Shown: positions 25,878-32,000 of the stretch, one piece after another | Position numbering within the stretch: the first letter of the stretch is position 1 | How the letters are laid out: every line of letters starts with the position of its first letter | DNA from: Salinirarus marinus | GTDB lineage: Archaea > Halobacteriota > Halobacteria > Halobacteriales > Haloferacaceae | Assembly: GCF_030734185.1 (NCBI RefSeq) | Contig: NZ_CP132292.1 | Location: forward strand, 2,776,271 to 2,808,270 | Direction of reading: 5' to 3' | Length of the DNA: 32,000 nucleotides | Notes under the pieces: generated by a model | The model's database searches: none | What the model was told of the DNA's origin: nothing | What the model saw: only the letters and a program-made list of their open reading frames with translations | Translations under genes and position numbers: made by a program

Positions 25878-26053
25878 GCGGATTCGACATCCAGAGGACG
25901 AGCGGAGCGAGTCCTCGTGGTTCGAATCCGCCCGAACCCATAAGAACGCTCGCGAACGACAGCGAGCGTGCGTTCGTACGTGAGGGCGTTCGAATCAGGG
26001 AACGACGCGAGCGCAGCGAGCGGAGTGACCGTGGTCCGACTCCGCCCGAGCCC
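25878..26053. repeat. two degenerate copies of the tRNA-Val 3' half with associated hairpins
   Basis: GTGGTTCGAATCCGCCCGAACCCA (25917-25940) has 1 mismatch to the tRNA. GTGGTCCGACTCCGCCCGAGCCC (26031-26053) is more diverged. The inverted T-loop piece GCGGATTCGA lies at 25878-25887. Inner hairpin GAGGAC...GTCCTC. Confidence 0.8.
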
Positions 26054-26141
26054 TGTGGCAACCGGCGCGACGAACACGCCGGCTCGGGCAATCGCCCGCT
26101 CCCTATGCTTATAGGTGACACGAAACATTGATTACCGGAGT

Positions 26142-27902
26142 ATGGACACACCAGTCGACTACAGCCAGTTCAACGAGGGCAAAGACGTCAACTACTGGGA
26201 ACTCGACCGGACGCTGCAATACGAACTCGAACGCATCTACGGCGACGACGAGTTCGCCTGGGGCGAGCCACGGCTGTCCGAATTCGGCGAGGCCGTCGGA
26301 CACACGATGGCCGAGAACGCCGACGTCATCGACGACCACGGTCCGGAGTTACGGACGTACGACCGAGACGGCGACGTCGTCAACGAGATCGAGTACCATC
26401 CGGCGCAGTTCGAGAACGAGCGGTTGATGCACGAACACGGGACGATCGCGGACGTGTTCCACGCCCCGCCCGGCCGGGACGAGCCCATGCCCCACGGTCA
26501 CTCGATCGCGATGGAACACCTGCTGTCGTACGTCGACACCGGGCTGGGCTGTCCGACGGGGATGACGGCGGCGGCGGCGATGGTGTTCGAGCAGTTCGAC
26601 CACGACGAGACGCTGGACCGGTATTTCGAGGGGGCAACCGCCCGCGACTACGACGACGCGATGCTCTCGGCCATGTTTCTGACCGAGAAACAGGGCGGGA
26701 GCGACGTCGGCGCGACCGAGACGGTGGCCCGACGGGCCGACGACGGGACGTGGCGACTCACGGGCGAGAAGTGGTTCTGTTCGAACCTCGACGCGGAGTT
26801 CGTCTTCACGCTGGGACGCTTCGAGGACGGCGATCCCGGGACCGAGGGGTTGGGGATGTTCCTGCTTCCGCGTCGAAAGCCCAACGGCGAGCGCAACGAC
26901 TACTACTTCCGTCGGCTCAAGGACAAGCTCGGCACGATCAGCGTCCCCACGGGCGAAGTGGAACTCGACGACACCTTCGCGTACCTGTTCGGCGAGGCTG
27001 ACCGCGGCTTCGAGTACATGTCGCTCATGCTCAATCGGTCGCGGTTGGCCGTCGCCGCCTGGAGCACGGGTATCATCGGTCGGGCGCTGCTCGAGAGCAA
27101 AATCCACGCGGCGAATCGCGAGGCGTTCGGGAAACGACTCGACGAACACGCCCTGATGCGGGCCGACCTCGTCGACATGGCCGTCGACTACGAGGCCGCC
27201 GTGGCGTTTCTCTACGACACGGCCGACCACTTCGACCGATGGGCGCGCGCGGACGACGACGATGCCTACCGCGCCATGCGGTTGCTCCTCTCGACGTCGA
27301 AGTTCCGCATCGCACGCACGGGGGTCGACGCGGCGTCCTACGGGATGGAGATCCTCGGCGGCAACGGCTACGTGAACGGCTTCGTCACCGAACGCCTCTT
27401 CCGGGACGCACAGGTCCATCCCATCTGGGAGGGGACGACCAACATGCTCGCTCTCGACGTCGTGCGGGCGATCGGCCGCGAAGACGCCCACGAACCCGTG
27501 CTGTCGATCGTCGACGACCGCCTCGACGACGTCACCCATCCGGCCCTCGAGGACCTCGCTGCCACCGTCGAAGACGAACGCGACGGCCTCGCGGCTGCCA
27601 TCGCGGAGATCGAGGCGTCGGATCGGGACTACGCCGAACTGCACTCGAAGGAACTCACCCACTACGTGTTCGACGTCTACACCGCGGCCCTGTTGCTGGC
27701 CGAGGCACAGGCCCGACTCGATGCCGAGGGCGACGCCCGCAAGGCGCTCGTCGCCGAGCGGTTCGTCGAGACGTACCTCCGGTCCCGCAGCGAACGGGGT
27801 ATCACGAGCGGAGACGAACTCCCGATCGACGCGTTCGACGCCATCGTTCGGTACGCGACGGCCGAACCGGACCTCCTCGACGCCACGCCGGCGGCGCAGT
27901 AA
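26142..27902 (+). CDS. acyl-CoA dehydrogenase family protein (AidB-like, long form)
   Basis: ATG at 26142 (MDTPVDY) is preferred over the GTG at 26115. Typical ACAD blocks (FLTEKQGGSDV, WFCSN, ILGGNGYV, RLFRDAQVHPIWEGTTN). Confidence 0.85.
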   Translation: MDTPVDYSQFNEGKDVNYWELDRTLQYELERIYGDDEFAWGEPRLSEFGEAVGHTMAENADVIDDHGPELRTYDRDGDVVNEIEYHPAQFENERLMHEHGTIADVFHAPPGRDEPMPHGHSIAMEHLLSYVDTGLGCPTGMTAAAAMVFEQFDHDETLDRYFEGATARDYDDAMLSAMFLTEKQGGSDVGATETVARRADDGTWRLTGEKWFCSNLDAEFVFTLGRFEDGDPGTEGLGMFLLPRRKPNGERNDYYFRRLKDKLGTISVPTGEVELDDTFAYLFGEADRGFEYMSLMLNRSRLAVAAWSTGIIGRALLESKIHAANREAFGKRLDEHALMRADLVDMAVDYEAAVAFLYDTADHFDRWARADDDDAYRAMRLLLSTSKFRIARTGVDAASYGMEILGGNGYVNGFVTERLFRDAQVHPIWEGTTNMLALDVVRAIGREDAHEPVLSIVDDRLDDVTHPALEDLAATVEDERDGLAAAIAEIEASDRDYAELHSKELTHYVFDVYTAALLLAEAQARLDAEGDARKALVAERFVETYLRSRSERGITSGDELPIDAFDAIVRYATAEPDLLDATPAAQ

Positions 27903-27963
27903 CTCCGCCCTGTGGTTCGCTAACCCCCGATTAACTTTCCCCGCGGTTCTCGCAGGGGCACGT

Positions 27964-28515
27964 ATGCCCGCATACGATCGCGTGGCCGACTCGGGGAGCG
28001 TACTCCTGTTCGACGCCGGGAGCGAGACGTGCGGCTGTCCGCGGCTCGCCGACCCGGCGCGCCACACGAACCTCCTCGGCGTGACGTTCACGCGCACGTC
28101 CTCCGAGTTCCTCGACGTCCACCGCGGCGCGTTCGACACGGCCCCCGCTCGCGTGCTCGTCCTCGCTGACGACCGGAGCGTCGACGCGGCGCAGCGGCGT
28201 ATCGACGCCGCCACGGCTGACGGCCCGGTGGACGTACGATCCGTCCCCTCACCCGCAGCCCTGTCAGACGTCGGACTCGTCGTGAGCGAGACGCTCGACG
28301 ACTGGCGGACCGCCCGTGGTCGGTCCGTCCTCTGTTTCGACTCCGTGACGTCGCTTCTCGAACACAGCGACCTCGATCGGGTTTTTCGGTTCCTGCACAC
28401 GCTGGCGGCCGAAGTCGACGCGGTGGGCGGGGTGGCTGCCTTCCACGTCGATCCCACAGCCCACGACCAGCAGACGTTACACGTCCTCGAAACGCTGTTC
28501 GACGACGCCCCGTAG
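27964..28515 (+). CDS. conserved hypothetical haloarchaeal protein (183 aa)
   Basis: Internal ATG (MPAYDRV) with acidic composition. No motif I can name with confidence. Confidence 0.55.
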   Translation: MPAYDRVADSGSVLLFDAGSETCGCPRLADPARHTNLLGVTFTRTSSEFLDVHRGAFDTAPARVLVLADDRSVDAAQRRIDAATADGPVDVRSVPSPAALSDVGLVVSETLDDWRTARGRSVLCFDSVTSLLEHSDLDRVFRFLHTLAAEVDAVGGVAAFHVDPTAHDQQTLHVLETLFDDAP

Positions 28516-28582
28516 CGCCCCGGTCGTTCGCCGCTCCGATTTGGCCAGTAAGCCTTTGCGCAGTGACCTACATACGTGTCGT

Positions 28583-29158
28583 ATGTCCGAGAACGAGGCG
28601 GAGGACGCGCCTGATGCCGACTCCGACTCGCGACAGTGGGGGACGCTCACGGCCCTGTTCCTCGTTTTTCTCGTCGTCGGCGGCATCGGCGCGTACGCGC
28701 TGGCGTTCGGTCCGGGCGTCGACGGGGGACAAGCGGGGCCGCCCGACGATAGCGTGCGTGCGACGACAGCGACGTCCGCTCCGTCGACCGCGGCCGCGGG
28801 ATCGTCTCGAACCACGACCGCCTCCGGCGCGGCGTTCTCGTTCGCTATCGACCGCATCGAGCGATGCGGGCAACGCTGCCGGGACGTGACCGTCACGCTG
28901 ACGAACACGGGCCAGTCCCCCGCGTCGAACACGCACGTCACGACGCGCATCTTCGCCGGAGATAAGCGCATCTGGCAAGGACAGAGCGATCTCGGCACCC
29001 TCGACGTCGACGAGGCCGTCACGCGAACGCGTCGGGTCAAGATCGGCTATCTCGACGCCGCGCGCATCAAATCCAACGACGGCTACATCCGCATCGAGAC
29101 GTCGGTGACGTGGGACGGCGGGTCGACGACGTTCGTCGACCGACGGAAGGTCGCGTAG
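28583..29158 (+). CDS. membrane-anchored hypothetical protein
   Basis: Acidic N-terminus, one TM helix (LTALFLVFLVVGGIGAYALAF), a Ser/Thr/Ala linker, then a beta-rich domain. Confidence 0.6.
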   Translation: MSENEAEDAPDADSDSRQWGTLTALFLVFLVVGGIGAYALAFGPGVDGGQAGPPDDSVRATTATSAPSTAAAGSSRTTTASGAAFSFAIDRIERCGQRCRDVTVTLTNTGQSPASNTHVTTRIFAGDKRIWQGQSDLGTLDVDEAVTRTRRVKIGYLDAARIKSNDGYIRIETSVTWDGGSTTFVDRRKVA

Positions 29159-29215
29159 CGGCGCCCCGCCGTATTCCGAAATCCTTTTGGCCGCAATCGC
29201 CTTCCTCCAAGATGC

Positions 29216-29289
29216 GCCGCCTTAGCTCAGACTGGGAGAGCACTCGACTGAAGATCGAGCTGTCCCCGGTTCAAATCCGGGAGGCGGCA
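29216..29289 (+). tRNA. tRNA-Phe (anticodon GAA)
   Basis: Acceptor GCCGCCT/AGGCGGC. D arm GCTC-AGACTGGGA-GAGC. Anticodon stem CTCGA/TCGAG with loop CTGAAGA. T arm CCCGG-TTCAAAT-CCGGG. Discriminator A, followed by a T5 run. Confidence 0.9.
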
Positions 29290-29329
29290 TTTTTCTGCGA
29301 ACGAAGTGAGCAGTGAAAGTGCTCGTGAA

Positions 29330-29403
29330 CGGATTTGAACGAGACCGGGAACGCGCAGCGAAGCGAGCATTTCCGGGTGTAGTTCACAATCCGGGAGGCG
29401 GCA
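29330..29403. repeat. degenerate copy of the tRNA-Phe 3' half preceded by an inverted T-loop segment
   Basis: CGGATTTGAAC (29330-29340, inverted T-loop), an imperfect inner hairpin CCGGGAA...TTCCGGG, then GTTCACAATCCGGGAGGCGGCA (29382-29403), which has 1 mismatch to the tRNA 3' end. Confidence 0.8.
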
Positions 29404-29682
29404 TTCCACTTTTACTCCCTCGGATTCGCTCCATTCGGTTGCGAACCGCTCGTCGCAAAAACGTGAGGAGGAATCTTCCCGAGCACGTGGCAATTCCCAG
29501 AAGGAAATCAGATAGTATCCCGAATACCAACTGGCCAGATGCGCTCGGTGGTCTGCGAAGATCGTCACGAGAGAACGTCAGATTTCGGAAACAACCACGT
29601 GGATTCGTCCGATTGTGCATGGTATGGAAGCCCCTAATACGTGACCAGTAGATTGATATTCGGTGGCTTAAAAGGCAAGCAT

Positions 29683-30510
29683 ATGATAAAACGAACTCGC
29701 AGTGCTCTCTCACGTATCCCTGAATATGCACCTACGCGTATCACGAAGAGCCTGAAAGGGACGATCGTACACGACTTATATGACGTTATTGATCAGGATC
29801 TCCCGGAGATGGAACAGCGGGAACTCTCGTTGGTAGATGTTGAGTTACCCGATGGCGCGAAACGGGAGATGTATTTCGTCGATCCGTCATATCAATTAAA
29901 CGAACAACGAAAGCAAAAATATTATGAACCAATACTAACTGAGGAATTATTCGATCAGTTCTCTTCTGATTCCGTGTTCTATGACATTGGCAGCTATTTC
30001 GGATATTATTCGCAATTAGCATCCTATTCCGGCGTCCCTGCTGAAAATATCTTCGCCTTCGAAGCAGATTCGACTCGGTATGAATTTCTGGAAGAAGTAC
30101 ACGGGAACGACGGCGTCCGAACAGTTAACGCGTTTGTTGGAAACGAAACGAGTTCTAACGGAATTCGTTTAGACAATTTTGTTTCAACAAACCCACATCC
30201 GTCTATTATTAAGATCGACGTTGAAGGCGGCGAATTTGACGTATTACAGGGAATGAGGGATACTATCGGATCTGCCCGTCCGATCCTGTACATCGAACTT
30301 CACCCGCAAGTATATTCGAATTTTGGCGTCTCGGTAGACGATATTATAACCCTCCTCCATGAAAACGACTATCAGATATGGATGGCGAACCATCGGGACG
30401 GTTCGACGTGGGAAGAGGCGTCACTGGAGGCTCTCCCGAAGTACAACCCCGAGACTGAAGATACAAACACTCCAGAGAACACTTATCTGATTAAAGCGGA
30501 TACACAGTGA
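29683..30510 (+). CDS. FkbM-family methyltransferase
   Basis: IIKIDVEGGEFDVLQGM matches the characteristic FkbM-family motif. Upstream YDIGSYFGYYS is SAM-binding-like. Markedly lower GC than the flanks. ATG at 29683 preferred over GTG at 29641. Confidence 0.75.
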   Translation: MIKRTRSALSRIPEYAPTRITKSLKGTIVHDLYDVIDQDLPEMEQRELSLVDVELPDGAKREMYFVDPSYQLNEQRKQKYYEPILTEELFDQFSSDSVFYDIGSYFGYYSQLASYSGVPAENIFAFEADSTRYEFLEEVHGNDGVRTVNAFVGNETSSNGIRLDNFVSTNPHPSIIKIDVEGGEFDVLQGMRDTIGSARPILYIELHPQVYSNFGVSVDDIITLLHENDYQIWMANHRDGSTWEEASLEALPKYNPETEDTNTPENTYLIKADTQ

Positions 30511-30756
30511 CTGCTGAAAACTCTTGAAATACATTTTCATCCTTTCAGCATCTATTTCTCCCCGTTTGGGGGTATACTTTCACAGAATCCTGAACTGTGC
30601 TGCCTGATCGCATGCGGATCTCTTTAAGAGATACCGTTTCGTGACGTCTCCTCATTGTCGTGGCGGTCGCGGAGAGCAGGTGGGGCCTTCCGATCCCGGT
30701 ACGGACTGCGGGAGTCGTTCGCAGGCGAAATCGCCCCGGTGAGCGCTGGAACGGCG

Positions 30757-31896
30757 TCACGCCCGGTCGAATCGGTCCAGACCGAACAGGTCGATGTCGT
30801 GATCGGTTTCCCCGTCGATCGCGAGGTCGGCGAGGATCTCCCCGATCACGCTCGCGAATTTGAACCCGCGGCCGGAGAATCCCGCCCCGACCGTGATTCG
30901 AGGCCGGTCGGGAAGCGTGTCGAGGACGAACTGTTCGTCCGGGGTGTTGGTGAACATACAGGTGGCGAGTTTCATCGTCGGCCCGGCCCCGTCGGGGAAG
31001 TATCGCTCCGCGTACGCCCGGAGCAGTTGCTCGTCTTTCGGGCGTGGCTGTCGATTCATCTCGTCGGGGTCGACGGTCTCCTCGAAGTGATTGAACTTCC
31101 CGAATTTGAACCCCGGGACGTCGTGGCGGGGGAACCCGTAGTAGTGGCCGTCTTCGGTCGCGTGGACGAACACGGGGAAATTCTCGCGGTCGAACCGTTC
31201 GGGAACGGTCGGCTGAAGCCACGCGAGTACCTGTCGCTCGGGGACCGCGAGCTCCTCGAGTTCGGGGACGAGCTTTCGCGTCCACGCGCCCGCCGTCACG
31301 ACCACGCGCTCCGCTTCGTACGTCCCTTTCTGGGACGTCACGCGCACCCCGCCGTCGGACAGCGGGGTGAGATCCACGACCGATTCGCGCGCTCGGATCT
31401 CGGCCCCCGCCGCCTGCGCCGCCTCGACGGACGCGATGATGCACTGTTCGGGCACGAGGAAGCCGGCGTCGGACTGATACACCGCGTGGTGGTCCGCTGG
31501 TAACGCGTAGCCGGGGAATCGCTCGTTCACCTCGGCTGCGGACAGGATCTCGTGGTCGATGTCGTGTGCTTCGCACGACTGCACTGCTCCCCGGAACACC
31601 TCGCTGTCCCGCGGCCCGGCGTCGACACCGCCCGTGATGTAGAGCAGGTCGCGGCCGGTTCGTTCCTCGAGGTCGCGCCAGAGGTCGTACGCCCGCTCGA
31701 CGAGGGGCACGTACGCCGGATCCTCGTACTGTACTTTCCGGATGATTCTCGTGACGCCGTGTGACGATCCCATGTCGTGTGGGACGTCGAACTGTTCCAG
31801 TCCGAGAACGTCCAGCCCGCGGTTTGCCAGCTGATACACCGTCGCGCTCCCCATACCGCCGACGCCGACGACGACGACGTCGTACCGATTTGTCAT
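30757..31896 (-). CDS. FAD-dependent oxidoreductase, monomeric sarcosine oxidase / N-methyltryptophan oxidase-like
   Basis: Start MTNRYDVVVVGVGGMGSATVYQLANRG (GxGxxG dinucleotide fold). Overall layout is like SolA/MSOX. The upstream ORF extension to 31980 is unlikely. Confidence 0.8.
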   Translation of the reverse strand: MTNRYDVVVVGVGGMGSATVYQLANRGLDVLGLEQFDVPHDMGSSHGVTRIIRKVQYEDPAYVPLVERAYDLWRDLEERTGRDLLYITGGVDAGPRDSEVFRGAVQSCEAHDIDHEILSAAEVNERFPGYALPADHHAVYQSDAGFLVPEQCIIASVEAAQAAGAEIRARESVVDLTPLSDGGVRVTSQKGTYEAERVVVTAGAWTRKLVPELEELAVPERQVLAWLQPTVPERFDRENFPVFVHATEDGHYYGFPRHDVPGFKFGKFNHFEETVDPDEMNRQPRPKDEQLLRAYAERYFPDGAGPTMKLATCMFTNTPDEQFVLDTLPDRPRITVGAGFSGRGFKFASVIGEILADLAIDGETDHDIDLFGLDRFDRA

Positions 31897-32000
31897 GTAT
31901 CGCCGTTCGGAGGGAACGACAAAGTAACTCCGGTGCTCGGAGGCGACGGCCCCGTTCGAACGCCGTGGGCGCGCCGCCACGCCGCGTTTCGACGTCTACG

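Noticed and set aside
1-32000. CRISPR arrays, rRNA genes, IS elements with terminal inverted repeats, toxin-antitoxin pairs
   Set aside because: I saw no regularly spaced 25-40-nt repeats with unique spacers. I also saw no rRNA-like sequence, no transposase-like ORF, and no convincing small two-gene TA cassette. The repeat sets present are irregular and are described above.

Overview
High-GC (roughly two-thirds G+C) chromosome with a very acidic proteome, typical of a haloarchaeon (class Halobacteria). Host genes present: an archaeal histone (partial), a multi-OB-fold RPA, lipoproteins, two sensor histidine kinases, an NAD-dependent epimerase, a creatininase-family protein, an ABC exporter, an acyl-CoA dehydrogenase, a sarcosine-oxidase-like flavoprotein, and three tRNA genes (Arg-GCG, Val-TAC, Phe-GAA). 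The main feature is a ~13.9-kb lower-GC integrated element (5004-18973). It is bounded by 114-bp direct repeats that duplicate the 3' end of the epimerase gene. It carries a tyrosine integrase, two long structured and repeat-rich non-coding regions, and a small plus-strand membrane/zinc-ribbon module. It also carries a tightly coupled 10-gene minus-strand operon. That operon starts with an HUH-type rolling-circle Rep (preceded by an RHH gene and a hairpin+iteron origin-like region) and ends with a tape-measure-like, a gpD/gp27-like hub and a gpV/gp5-like spike gene. No capsid, portal, terminase, sheath or ATPase is recognisable. Separately, each of the three tRNA genes is trailed by degenerate copies of its own 3' half, embedded in a conserved hairpin architecture. 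All functional calls come from motif recognition by eye. No database searches were run.
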